The translations under genes and the position numbers were made by a program. A DNA stretch of 64,000 nt, from assembly GCA_963817525.1 (NCBI GenBank), contig CAWFOU010000007.1, forward strand, positions 544,001 through 608,000, given 5' to 3'. This stretch comes from an uncultured archaeon. Its GTDB lineage: Archaea; Thermoproteota; Nitrososphaeria; Nitrososphaerales; Gagatemarchaeaceae. The notes below the pieces were generated by a model. That model worked only from the letters and a program-made list of their open reading frames with translations. It had not been told where the DNA came from and made no database searches. Of the stretch, positions 30,141-49,989 are shown in pieces. Position 1 is the stretch's first letter; the number at the start of each line of letters is the position of its first letter.

Positions 30141-30184
30141 GCCGTACATAGGGTTCATTGCGCCTCCGCCGGGGCATTTCATTC
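30141..30184 (-). other. Native 3' arm of the 23S bulge-helix-bulge processing stem
   Basis: CCCCGGCGGAG-GCGC-AAT-GAACCC pairs with GGGTTC-GCGC-AAG-CATCCGCCGGGG at 33841-33890 (minus strand). Confidence 0.9.
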
Positions 30185-33840
<3,656 letters not shown>

Positions 33841-34071
33841 GAATGATTAACATCCCCGGCGGATGCTTGCGCGAACCCAATGCACGGCTTCATCACGGAG
33901 GCGCCACTATCCGCGCTCGCAATTTCCGTGGCGCGTGGTGGCCCGTCCTTGTTCCGCTTGCCCTTCGCATGTCATTCAGCATGACATGCTGCATACTTCT
34001 GACACCGGCCTTGCTAGACAGCATTTATTCCTTTGCAGTGCGAGAACATCCTTGCTCCCGACGGTATACTA

Positions 34072-35569
<1,498 letters not shown>

Positions 35570-35774
35570 CGATTATATCGGGAGCAAGAATATTCTCGCA
35601 TAACTGCGGAATCTTACTGTTTAGCAAAGCCAATGTCAGATCTAACATTTCGGTTAGATCTCCACATTTGTACGCGCATCTGGAGGTCGTGCGTCTCAAA
35701 GCAAGGGCTCCGCCCGTCCGCTCCACGCAGACGCCGCCAAGCTATGCGCAAAAGTCCGTATCTTCGCCGTCCGG

Positions 35775-35790
35775 ATATAAACCTTCCATT
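35775..35790 (-). promoter_or_regulatory. Probable rRNA operon BRE/TATA
   Basis: Minus-strand AATGGAAGG-TTTATA upstream of the 16S leader. Confidence 0.55.
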
Positions 35791-35800
35791 CTGGCGCGAG

Positions 35801-36385
35801 TTAGAGACCGTAGACCTTGGGGTTCAGCCAGGGGAAGAGGGCCATCGAGACGCACTGCTCGGTCATCTGCACGCGCGAGAGGCGCCTCCCGCTAAGGTGG
35901 TAGACTATGCCGTGCTCCTCACGGATCTTGCCGGCCCCCGTGAGCTCGTGGGCGTAGCGGTCGAGCTCCTCGTGGCTCTCCTTCAGCTTCGAGGCGAACT
36001 TCCCAGGGATGGGGAACCCGGAGGAGCACCCGAAGGAGAGGTGGCCTGCCGAGTCGACGACGGCCGCGACCTGCAGGTTGAGGTGGTGCCCTGGCCAGCC
36101 CTTGCCCAGCTCCACGAGGCCGGCCTCCACGCCGACGCCATAGTCGGGTCTGGCGGTCTCGAGCGCGAAGATGGCCCTCTCCTGCGCCCCCTCCACCGTC
36201 TCCTCCAGCGTCAGCGGCTGGGACCTGACCAGCGCGGTGGTGTCGACCGCCTTGAGCACAACCGTCCCAAATGCGTGGGAGAAGGCGAGCCTGGTGCCCT
36301 TCATCTTGGCCGGGTTGGCCGACCCCAAAGCGACCCGGGTGCGCCTCGCAGGCTTCATCTGGATGGCCGAAGCTCCGTTCGGCAC
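35801..36385 (-). CDS. Inosine/xanthosine triphosphatase (YjjX/DUF84)
   Basis: GSANPAK, SQP, GAQERA and GVEAG. Confidence 0.85.
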   Translation of the reverse strand: MPNGASAIQMKPARRTRVALGSANPAKMKGTRLAFSHAFGTVVLKAVDTTALVRSQPLTLEETVEGAQERAIFALETARPDYGVGVEAGLVELGKGWPGHHLNLQVAAVVDSAGHLSFGCSSGFPIPGKFASKLKESHEELDRYAHELTGAGKIREEHGIVYHLSGRRLSRVQMTEQCVSMALFPWLNPKVYGL

Positions 36386-36415
36386 TTTTTATAGTTCTGC
36401 GAGGACGCAAGCCGC

Positions 36416-41391
<4,976 letters not shown>

Positions 41392-41511
41392 TTTTCGACG
41401 GTGGCCGCTATAAGGCTATGGCAGGTGCAATATGGAACCACATGTCTAGAACGCGCGGGGCGCACCCGGCAGACGAAAGGCTTTTTGACCGCGCGCGGGC
41501 CTCGGACCCTT

Positions 41512-41657
41512 GCGAGAGTAGCTAAGCCTGGTCAACGGCGGCGGGGCCGATTCGGCGCCGATACTCAAGATCAGATGTCGCTCCAGGGCCTACAGCGACG
41601 CAAGGAGAAATCCGCTCGTTTAGGCGTTCGTGGGTTCGAATCCCACCTCTCGCACCA
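41512..41657 (+). tRNA. tRNA-Leu(CAA) with introns at about 30/31 (41545-41562) and 37/38 (41570-41609)
   Basis: Acceptor GCGAGAG/CTCTCGC+ACCA; T arm GTGGG-TTCGAAT-CCCAC; anticodon arm GCGGA-CTCAAGA-TCCGC after intron removal. Confidence 0.88.
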
Positions 41658-41673
41658 TAAAGAGCATCGAGGC

Positions 41674-42006
41674 CTAGTACACGAATGCCCTGACCGGCTT
41701 GGAAAGGAGGCCTCTCATGAACTCGACAAGGTCCTCCTTCACTTTGAACTCCTTCACGAGCAGCCGCCTGCCCGGGGCTGGGGCGTTCCCACCCTTCCTC
41801 TCGTACACCATCAGGGTGTAGGTGTCGTGGGGCGACCTCGTGGCGAAGACGAACTGGCCCCTCTTCCCCTGGTAGTCGCCGAAGGTCCTGATGCCGCTGT
41901 CGAGGTCGAGGAGGTCCACCTCCTCCACCAGCTTGGTGAAGGAGCCCACCTTCTTCTCGTAGAACAGTTCCCGGGACAACGGGCCCACGGGCGCCCTCCA
42001 CTCCAT
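41674..42006 (-). CDS. Hypothetical protein
   Basis: Likely start MEWRAP; host-like codon bias. Confidence 0.6.
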   Translation of the reverse strand: MEWRAPVGPLSRELFYEKKVGSFTKLVEEVDLLDLDSGIRTFGDYQGKRGQFVFATRSPHDTYTLMVYERKGGNAPAPGRRLLVKEFKVKEDLVEFMRGLLSKPVRAFVY

Positions 42007-42100
42007 ATGAGACTTGCGCTCGCGACAAAGGCTAACATACAAGCCGGGCCCGCCGTCATCGGCAAGACCTACAGTGACAACAGAGAGGCGGCGCAGCATC

Positions 42101-43297
42101 ATGCTCTTCGACACCATGAGCCAGAAGAAGGAGCCTCTGAAGGTCGTCCCAGGGGAGACCCTTCGGATGTTCGTGTGCGGGCCGACCGTCCAGAGCTTCA
42201 TACACGTGGGGAACGCGCGGACGCACGTCCTCTACGACGTGCTGGCGAGGTACCTGACGAGCCTCGGCGCCCGCGTGGACTTCCTCATGAACATCACCGA
42301 CGTGGACGACAGGATAACCGAGACCGCCAAGAGCGAGGGAGGGAGCCCCGCCGAGGTCGCGGACAAGTACACGCATGCGTTCTTCGAGGATATGCGAGCC
42401 CTGAAGGTCCAGTCCGTGACGAGCTTCGAGCGCGTCTCCGAATACGTCCAGGTGATGATAGACCAAATCACGATTCTCCTCGAGGATGGATACGCGTACC
42501 AGGCCGACGGGGTCGTCTACTTCGACACGTCCAAGTTCCCGGACTATGGTAAGCTCTCCCACCAGTCGAAGAGCGAGCTGTCGCTGAGGCCCCTGGAGCT
42601 CACCCCGAACAAGAGGAACCTCCTGGACTTTGCGCTCTGGCGGCCGGTCATCCTCGAGGAGGGTAAGTGGGACAGCCCGTGGGGGAGGGGGTCTCCGGGT
42701 TGGCACATCGAGGACACGGCCGTGACCCAGATGAGCTTCGGGCCGCAATACGACATCCACGGCGGCGCGTACGAGCTGATCTACCCGCACCATGAGGCCG
42801 AGATAGCGCAAGGGGAGTCCCTGACGGGTATGAGGCCGCTCGTGAGGTACTGGGTGCACACCGGGCTGCTCAACCTGAGCGGGCGGAAGATGTCAAAGTC
42901 AGCGGGGAACACCTTCCTGGTGAGGGAGCTCCTCAGGGAATACAGCGCCGACGAGCTGAGGCACTACCTCCTCTCGTGGCACTACAGGGACGACGTGGAG
43001 TTCAGCATCCCCCGGCTGAGGAAGGCGAGCAGGGCGTACCTGAGAGTTGCGGGCAAGGCCAGGAGGCTGAGGGCCTCCGCGAAGGCCGCGGGAGGCGCGG
43101 AGCGCTCCCCCGAGGAGGTGAGCAAGCGCCTCTCTCCGTTCTACTCGGCCATGGACGACGACATAGACACCCCCAGGGCGATAAGGTGGGTCGAGGAGGA
43201 GCTGGTCGGCGGGGGCTCGAAGGACGCGGCGCTGGACTATTCGGCGCTGCGCATAGTGTCTGACGTGCTTGGAGTGGACTACCTTGCCGAGCGGTGA
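42101..43297 (+). CDS. cysS: Cysteine-tRNA ligase
   Basis: CGPTV, HVGN, PGWHIE, PHHEAE and KMSKS. Confidence 0.93.
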   Translation: MLFDTMSQKKEPLKVVPGETLRMFVCGPTVQSFIHVGNARTHVLYDVLARYLTSLGARVDFLMNITDVDDRITETAKSEGGSPAEVADKYTHAFFEDMRALKVQSVTSFERVSEYVQVMIDQITILLEDGYAYQADGVVYFDTSKFPDYGKLSHQSKSELSLRPLELTPNKRNLLDFALWRPVILEEGKWDSPWGRGSPGWHIEDTAVTQMSFGPQYDIHGGAYELIYPHHEAEIAQGESLTGMRPLVRYWVHTGLLNLSGRKMSKSAGNTFLVRELLREYSADELRHYLLSWHYRDDVEFSIPRLRKASRAYLRVAGKARRLRASAKAAGGAERSPEEVSKRLSPFYSAMDDDIDTPRAIRWVEEELVGGGSKDAALDYSALRIVSDVLGVDYLAER

Positions 43298-44588
43298 TGA
43301 CAGGGAGTACGAGCTCAACGAGGTGGGCTGGTGGGGAAAGTGGGTCGACGAGACCGTCTGGGTCTCCAAGAACAGCTACGCCGTCTTCTCGGATGAATTC
43401 AAGGGCGAGGACTTCTACAACCGGGGCGGGTTCATTGGGGCGGAGAGGGTGCCCAGGGACGCCGTCGAGGCCATAGAGAAGGAGTTTGCGAAGAGGAAGA
43501 GGTCGAAGCCCTGCATCGTGGTGGAGGAAGGCAGGCCATGGAAGAAGGTGCGCGCGTCCTTGTCCAAGAGGGGTTATGCGGTGACAGACAGGATGCTGGT
43601 GATGGAGGGACGAAGGAAGGCCAAGCCCTCGGCGAACCCGGAGGTCGAGGTCGTGGTCGTGGGCCCTCGCCCGAAGGGCAAGGAGCTCCAGGAGTGGACC
43701 CGGGTCTATCTCCAGGCCTTCTACAGCGACCAGAGACTTGGCGACGTCGTCGGCAAGATAATGCGCAAGGCGGTCAAAGACAGGAAGGTCAGCGTGATCC
43801 TGGCGAGGGTGGGGAATGAGGCGGCCGGGTGTGCGGTCATGTACAGGTCGGCCGGCGCGGTGGCGGGGGCCTATTGCATCGGGACGGCCCCGAGCTTCAG
43901 GGGAAGGGGGGTGGCCGCGACGATGGTGGGGCTCATGCGCGACCTCGCCCAGGGGGAGAAGAGGCGGCTCATCCTGCAGACGCTGGCCTCCGACTCCGTG
44001 GAGGGGTTCTACCTCAAGCAGGGGTTCAGGCTGGCATACACCAAGACGTTCTTCGAGCACAGCCCCCGGAAGGCGTTGCCAGAGGATGGCGTGCCGTCCG
44101 GCGAGAGCTTCGGGGTCACCATAAACAGGGCCGCGGCCGCCGGGGTCACGGTGCCCTTCGTCGAGGTCTTCTCGGGGTTCGAGGCGGTCGACGCGGTGAG
44201 GGCCTTGTTCGGCCCGGACACGGAGGAGATAATCGGGAAACTGAAGATATCCCTGGATTCGCCCCGCGGCTACCTCCGGGTCGACGGCGAGACTGGCCAC
44301 GTGATAATCAACCCCGAGTACCTCAAGACAGGCCACGAGAGGCACCTCTACCTCGACGTGATACACGAGCTCGCCCACGTGCGGCAGTTCAGGGAGGGGA
44401 GGGAGCTCTACGACCGGAGGTATCCGTACTTCGAAAGGCCGACGGAGATAGAGGCCTACCAGGTCGCCGTGGAGGAGGCCCGGAGGATCGGCATGGGCAG
44501 GGAGGAGATAGTGGAGTACCTCAAGGTCGAATGGGTCACCGAGGATGAGTTCAAGAGGTTCGTCTCGATGATGCGCATCGAAGACTGA
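43269..44588 (+). CDS. GNAT acetyltransferase fused to a HExxH domain
   Basis: PSFRGRGVA and FYLKQGF; HELAH...EIEAY. Confidence 0.7.
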   Translation: MEWTTLPSGDDREYELNEVGWWGKWVDETVWVSKNSYAVFSDEFKGEDFYNRGGFIGAERVPRDAVEAIEKEFAKRKRSKPCIVVEEGRPWKKVRASLSKRGYAVTDRMLVMEGRRKAKPSANPEVEVVVVGPRPKGKELQEWTRVYLQAFYSDQRLGDVVGKIMRKAVKDRKVSVILARVGNEAAGCAVMYRSAGAVAGAYCIGTAPSFRGRGVAATMVGLMRDLAQGEKRRLILQTLASDSVEGFYLKQGFRLAYTKTFFEHSPRKALPEDGVPSGESFGVTINRAAAAGVTVPFVEVFSGFEAVDAVRALFGPDTEEIIGKLKISLDSPRGYLRVDGETGHVIINPEYLKTGHERHLYLDVIHELAHVRQFREGRELYDRRYPYFERPTEIEAYQVAVEEARRIGMGREEIVEYLKVEWVTEDEFKRFVSMMRIED

Positions 44589-44595
44589 GGTCGGG

Positions 44596-44943
44596 GTGAT
44601 GGTTTATACGCATCCGAGGTCTCAGACGGCCATGAAGGCGATTTACGTGGTCTACGCCAACTGGTGCCCTCACTGCGTCCCGACCACGGTGGAGCCGGTC
44701 CAGCGCCTAGGGGCGCAGGTAGGAGTCCCTGTCGTCCTTTACGACATCGACACCGAGGACGAGGAGAAGGCTGACGACTTGGTGAAGAAGTATGGCGACT
44801 GGACCCCGGACTATTTGATACCCCAGGTCTTCGTCGAGGAGGACGACGGGAAAATCCGGCACGTCCTGACGGGAGACCGGCGAGGAATCCAGTACACCAA
44901 GCGGGCGGTAGAGGGCCTGGCGCAGAAGATAAAGTCAGGTTAG
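44596..44943 (+). CDS. Thioredoxin/glutaredoxin-like protein
   Basis: WCPHC motif. Confidence 0.75.
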   Translation: MMVYTHPRSQTAMKAIYVVYANWCPHCVPTTVEPVQRLGAQVGVPVVLYDIDTEDEEKADDLVKKYGDWTPDYLIPQVFVEEDDGKIRHVLTGDRRGIQYTKRAVEGLAQKIKSG

Positions 44944-44950
44944 TGGGCCG

Positions 44951-45643
44951 CTAGGACACCAGCGTACCTACGCGCTCCCCGAGCAGGGCCTTGCGGACGT
45001 TCGCCGGGAAGAAGCCGTTGGTGACCACGAGTGGGAGCTTGTGCTTCGCGATGAACCTCACTGCTACCGGGTCGACGATGCTGTGGATCCCTGGCCTGTG
45101 GCTGGACCCCCCGAGTATCTTGACGAACTCCTGGTAGGGCAGGCTGTGCAGGAGCTTGGCGTCCTTGTCCGTCCTGGGGTCGGCGGTATAGACGCCGTCC
45201 TGGTCGGAGGCCTTCACCAGCAGGTCGGCGCGCCAGGCGTCGCCGAGGATCGCGGCCACCGTGTCCGTGGTTATCCCCGGCCTGAGCCCGCCCATCACCC
45301 CGACCTTGCTCTTCTCGAGCTCGATTGTCATGCCCTGGATGGTGGTGGAGACCCTCTTGACGCCTAGCTCCATCGCGACGAGCTTCGCGTTCAGCCTCGA
45401 GGCCTCGATGGCGATCATGTCCTGGAGCTCCCGGGGCATCCCCAGCTCCTTTGCCGAGCCTATGTAGGAACGGGCGACCTGGCCACCGCCGACGACCACC
45501 CCCACGGAGCGCCCCGCCTTCAAGGCCTCTTGGACAACCTCCGCGTAACCGCTGAGGAGCTTGGCCTTGGGGGGCGAGCCGAGGACAGACCCTCCTATCC
45601 GAAGGACGACCTTGTTGGCTCCTGAGGCTGGCATGCTGGCCAC
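44951..45643 (-). CDS. pyrH: UMP kinase
   Basis: RIGGS, VVGGG, PGITTD and DGVYTADP. Confidence 0.9.
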   Translation of the reverse strand: MASMPASGANKVVLRIGGSVLGSPPKAKLLSGYAEVVQEALKAGRSVGVVVGGGQVARSYIGSAKELGMPRELQDMIAIEASRLNAKLVAMELGVKRVSTTIQGMTIELEKSKVGVMGGLRPGITTDTVAAILGDAWRADLLVKASDQDGVYTADPRTDKDAKLLHSLPYQEFVKILGGSSHRPGIHSIVDPVAVRFIAKHKLPLVVTNGFFPANVRKALLGERVGTLVS

Positions 45644-45882
45644 GTGCCCGGGGTAGTTTTTATAAACTAGCGCAGTAAACTTTCCTGTCCCGAACTTTTT
45701 TTGATGGTGCTCTGGGGAGGGCGATTATCGGGAGTTTCTCCACGAAGGTAGTGCTGAAGCAGGGCCGGGCCGCGACGCAGGTTCTCAAAGAGGCGTTCAA
45801 CCTCAGCGACGACGTTATATCGTGAGTCTTCTTGAACCTCCAAGAGGAATATGGGAGTAGAAGTGCGAAAGCTATACTCTTC

Positions 45883-47988
45883 CTACTTACTGTATTTCTC
45901 TCGGCGAGAATGGCTTCGTAGTTGCAATGCCCCCACCGCCACCAGCCAAATTGCTGCAATGGACCCCACCCCCCCTCTCGTCAAGGGAAAGGGGATGCTA
46001 ACCCCCGTCGTAGTTGCTGAAGTCGTCGTGGTGACGGTGCTGTTCCCCTCGCTCGATGTTACCACAGTCACCACACCGGATGGTATCGAAGCAGTGATGT
46101 AGATCGTCGAATCGGGCTGGATCTGAATCAATGGAATCGTCGCCCAATACGACGGCCCCGGGTTGTTGGTCGCGTTGGGGTTATCGTAACCGACCCACAA
46201 GGTAAAGTTGTAGTAGCCACTCGTATACCCGGCGGTCCCGTTGAAATAGAGGGGAGCGAGTTGCATGTAACCGGTGCCGTTGACGTCACCCATGTTGATG
46301 CAATAGTGCAATGACTCCTCGTTCCCCTCGTTGAATGGTCCATCTTGGATCACGATGACCGTCCCATTGGTCACGACCGTTCCCCCCTGGTCCGTGACCA
46401 CCTTCATGTAGACGGCCCCTTCTGTGGCCGGATTGAGTTGCACGTTCATCAATGTACTGCAGTCAGGGATGAGTTCACCAAGCCTCGTCGAGGTGCTGGT
46501 TGATGATGACTGAGTTGTGGGAGAAATCACCCAGACCGCCGCCTGACAGGAAACATACACATCCCCGTTCGATGTGTCGACGGAGCTTCCACTAGGAAAT
46601 GTGCAGAGTGGGACGGTCGCAACTACAGTATTCGTCGCTCCAGAGATGATAGATATGGTGCTGTTTATGAGGCATGCGCCCGCTTGGCACACGTCTTGCG
46701 TCTGACTCGGGACGTATATGTCGCCATTCATTGGATTGAAAACGGGTTGCCCTGCGCTGACCCCTAAAGTCGTGGTCAGGGCATTGGTTGAACCGGATAT
46801 GACCGACACGCCGCTTCCGGTGGGCACATAGACAGCACCATTGGCAGAATCGACTACGGGGGTCCCAGGGCCGTCGCCGACAACGACGTTGGTGAGCAGG
46901 GAGTTCGTCGCCCCCGATATCACGGATGTGGTGTTTCCCCCCGTGTTTGATACGTAGATGTCTCCGTTCGCGGGGTCGAACATGGGTGGCGAAGGGGAGT
47001 CAAACGACTGAAATTGATTCGTGAGAGGAAGCGGGGCGTAGGGGGAAGGGTATTCAAAATTGAGAGTAATGTTACCGACCAGCACATTTGTTTCCGTCGA
47101 GATGACCAGCACATATCCTGGCACATCTCCCACAGGGCAACCGTTGTTGCAAGGAAGGGTGCCCGTCATGTAGATGTACCCGTTCGCGGGGTCGAACACC
47201 CCTCCGTTGACGCCGGGCATGACGCTTACGTTTGCCACCAGCGTGTTGGTCGCCCCGGATATGACAGAGGTATAGTTGGAATGGTAGTTAGGGACATAGA
47301 TGTCACCGTTTTGAGGGTCAAAGATAGGGGTGACGGGGTAAGAGCCAACGGGAACCATCGAGACGAGTGTCTCTCCGGATACGATCGCGACCGTGCTAGA
47401 CAAACACGGGGGTGACGGAGAATAAGATGTCGAACAACACGATATGGGAACAGATGAACACGTGATGGACACGTAAAGATCTCCGTTGGTCGGGTCGATG
47501 AATGGCCTAAACGGGGAACTCCCTACAGCGCCCAGTCGTAATACTGCGAGAACCGTGTTTGTGCTGCTGGATATCACTGAGAGCGAGGCGTTACCCTGGG
47601 CGTATTCACCAGCACCGGCGGGCGGTGGTTGGATACTTGGCATATACAAGTATCCGTTGGCCGGGTCGAAAACCATTCCCCCAGGGCTGGGGGCCAGAAG
47701 GACCTGCCTTGAATTGAATGTTGTGATGCTCCTTCCGCTCGAAGAGGAACTCGAGGTCCGTGCCGACGTAGCGCTCGTGGACGTGGAGGATGATGTATTT
47801 GCGGAGGATGACAAAGACGAGGTGGAAGTCTGGTTCGTGCTCGTGGCAGCGATGGGAGATGACGTGGACGCAACCTGCTTGGACGAGAATGAGGCGTAGA
47901 CGAAGATCGAAAGTACGATTAGCAGGGCCACGAAGAGGGCAGCCATCGGCGCACCGGACCCGTTGCCCTTTGGGCTTTTCGTATTCAT
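45883..47988 (-). CDS. YVTN-repeat beta-propeller surface protein
   Basis: Repeated FDPANG.IYV and SVISGATNT; terminal TMs. Confidence 0.8.
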   Translation of the reverse strand: MNTKSPKGNGSGAPMAALFVALLIVLSIFVYASFSSKQVASTSSPIAATSTNQTSTSSLSSSANTSSSTSTSATSARTSSSSSSGRSITTFNSRQVLLAPSPGGMVFDPANGYLYMPSIQPPPAGAGEYAQGNASLSVISSSTNTVLAVLRLGAVGSSPFRPFIDPTNGDLYVSITCSSVPISCCSTSYSPSPPCLSSTVAIVSGETLVSMVPVGSYPVTPIFDPQNGDIYVPNYHSNYTSVISGATNTLVANVSVMPGVNGGVFDPANGYIYMTGTLPCNNGCPVGDVPGYVLVISTETNVLVGNITLNFEYPSPYAPLPLTNQFQSFDSPSPPMFDPANGDIYVSNTGGNTTSVISGATNSLLTNVVVGDGPGTPVVDSANGAVYVPTGSGVSVISGSTNALTTTLGVSAGQPVFNPMNGDIYVPSQTQDVCQAGACLINSTISIISGATNTVVATVPLCTFPSGSSVDTSNGDVYVSCQAAVWVISPTTQSSSTSTSTRLGELIPDCSTLMNVQLNPATEGAVYMKVVTDQGGTVVTNGTVIVIQDGPFNEGNEESLHYCINMGDVNGTGYMQLAPLYFNGTAGYTSGYYNFTLWVGYDNPNATNNPGPSYWATIPLIQIQPDSTIYITASIPSGVVTVVTSSEGNSTVTTTTSATTTGVSIPFPLTRGGVGSIAAIWLVAVGALQLRSHSRREKYSK

Positions 47989-48205
47989 CGGGAAGCGTTT
48001 TGAGCGTCCAGTCCAAATTAAAGGCTGTGATGCTGTGTTCTACAGTCCCGCGGGATATAGGTCAGCCTCGACTTCCGGGGGCATGCAGAGAATCAAGGTA
48101 ACTGGATATAGCAGTAAGTTGGGGTGAGGTTTCATAAATTAGACTAGTGCACTTTCATCTCCACTACCTCAATCCGAGGCCCCGAATCAGCTGCAATAGA
48201 GCGGA

Positions 48206-48994
48206 CTACCCGGTGGCGTTTTGGTACTCAACCGTCTGGACAAGCCAAGCAGTCTGGAAGCCGCTCATCGAGACAATCGTACCACCTGGCACCATGGAGG
48301 AACCCAAGCATCCCTGAAGGAACGGCTGGTAGAATGGGAAATTAGCTACCCCGACGCTGATTTGCGACATATTGTATCCCACCGCAAGCGGGATCTGGGT
48401 CGGGCACGCGTCAAAGTAGCCCAGCAAGAACTGTCCGGTCGTGCCTGGCGACACCGAGACCGTGTAGGTGACGTTGAGGCCCACCGGTCCAGCCTTCGTA
48501 ACATTGATGGATGGTGGGCTGGAGCTCGCAGTGGCCGTTGTCGCATTGACGAGGGTGTACTGTTCCGGAATCGATAGGACACCGGAGAAAGACGGTTCGA
48601 GAATGCTCGCAGTAAAGGCTTGTACTTCGCATGAGGGCTGAACCGGCTGGCAGGTCATCTCTGGGTCGGACTGATAGGCGACTACGAAACTGGCATTGGT
48701 CTCGCCCAGCGGGATTACCAACACCCTCTCGCAAAGATAGAGGCTTGTCTGTGTCATCAACGGGAAGCTCGAGTTGGTGTTTGGTCCGCCTGTTTGCTGG
48801 GCGCTCGGGCAGTTGATCTCGCCCACTCCCTGCAGTGACTCGACCATAGTCGACACTTGCGTGGCGGTAGTGGTCTCGACTCGCGCAGGAGCGAAGTAGG
48901 ACGAGACAACGATTCCGGCCGAGACAATCACCGCGGCCAACACAACCGCTAGAGCGATTCGAGCATGGTTCCGCCCGGTGCCTGCCGGGGTCAT
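48206..48994 (-). CDS. Hypothetical secreted protein
   Basis: N-terminal TM; IPLAVGY resembles FPFAVGY of 2664-3440. Confidence 0.7.
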   Translation of the reverse strand: MTPAGTGRNHARIALAVVLAAVIVSAGIVVSSYFAPARVETTTATQVSTMVESLQGVGEINCPSAQQTGGPNTNSSFPLMTQTSLYLCERVLVIPLGETNASFVVAYQSDPEMTCQPVQPSCEVQAFTASILEPSFSGVLSIPEQYTLVNATTATASSSPPSINVTKAGPVGLNVTYTVSVSPGTTGQFLLGYFDACPTQIPLAVGYNMSQISVGVANFPFYQPFLQGCLGSSMVPGGTIVSMSGFQTAWLVQTVEYQNATG

Positions 48995-49036
48995 TTGGTC
49001 CGCAATTGCTCATCTCGTGATTAATACCTTTGTCCG

Positions 49037-49076
49037 AATCCCCGGCGGGGGCGCAATGAACCCGATACACGGCGAA
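49037..49076 (+). repeat. Copy of the 23S processing-stem 3' arm, opposite orientation
   Basis: ccccggcgggggcgcaatgaacccgatacacggcgaa. Confidence 0.85.
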
Positions 49077-49154
49077 TGTTCTCCCGCTTCTTCACCAACG
49101 TATGTTCCATCGGGTTCAATAGCGACCGGAACTCTCCGAATTTCTTGAGGCGCC

Positions 49155-49984
49155 TTGAACAGGACACTTATCGCGGCGATTGTCGCACTTCTGGTGGCGG
49201 TCAGCCTCGGAGCCGGCTACGTTGCGGGCCGCGGAGCCCAACAGACAACGACGATCACGACTTCACAGGCTCCCGCTTCCAACGAGATTGTCGGCCAGAC
49301 AGACGGCGTTGACCTTATAGGATGCAGCATCAGCAATGATACCTGCACCTTTCTCATTACAAACGTAGTTCAGATTGGGTCAAGCATTGGAATCACTTTG
49401 GACGAAACTAACCCGCCATGCATTACTCTAAGCTATAACACCGGTGGCTCGGTTGATTCATCCGTCACCGATGGCGCTACGAGTTGCACAGACTCACCCT
49501 CGAGCGCTACGAGTTGCACAGACTCACCCTCGAACTTCATTTCCTCAACGGGCGGCTCGATCACACTCACAGCCGTCTTTCCGGCGTTTGGACCCCCAAG
49601 CCCAAAGGTGGGTCAGAGCGTATATGGTTGCATCAGATACACCACGACGATTGGCTCCGTCACTGAGCCTGGCTGTCTCGCATTCCTGGGCGTCTTCACG
49701 ACGTCCTCCAATACCGCGGTCGCGACCGTGTCGGTGACGCAGACCCTCACTACGCAGGCCTCCCAGGCTTCGACGAGGTACGCTATTCCGACTAACTGTA
49801 CCTCAACGGCCCTACTGAAACGACCACCACAACAATCACAGTCGGACCAACGCCCCCGGCGTATACGATTACGGTGACCGTGACGACGACCGCGACGAAC
49901 TATACACAAACCGTCACGGTGACCAGTTGTACATACAGCGAGCCGACGGTCACTTCTACCGTGACGACCACGGTGGACCCGTAG
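49155..49984 (+). pseudogene. T-rich secreted protein, frameshifted near 49810
   Basis: Tail homologous to 24304-24580 continues in another frame to TAG at 49984. Confidence 0.65.
49474..49533 (+). repeat. 30-bp perfect tandem duplication
   Basis: gcgctacgagttgcacagactcaccctcga twice. Confidence 0.9.
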
Positions 49985-49989
49985 GAGAT

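Noticed and set aside
30057-30182. N-terminal extension MKCPGGGAMNPM of the beta-propeller ORF, also seen in ORF 28741-29385
   Set aside because: It is a translation of the repeat; the paralog supports a start at 30056.
8872-30184. CRISPR array or canonical attC integron as the explanation for the repeats
   Set aside because: Spacing is 0.35-5 kb with whole genes between copies; no cas or intI genes; no attC-type palindrome; the repeat matches the rRNA flank.
33841-34071. tRNA in the 16S-23S spacer or a linked 5S gene
   Set aside because: None recognisable; their absence is normal for this lineage.
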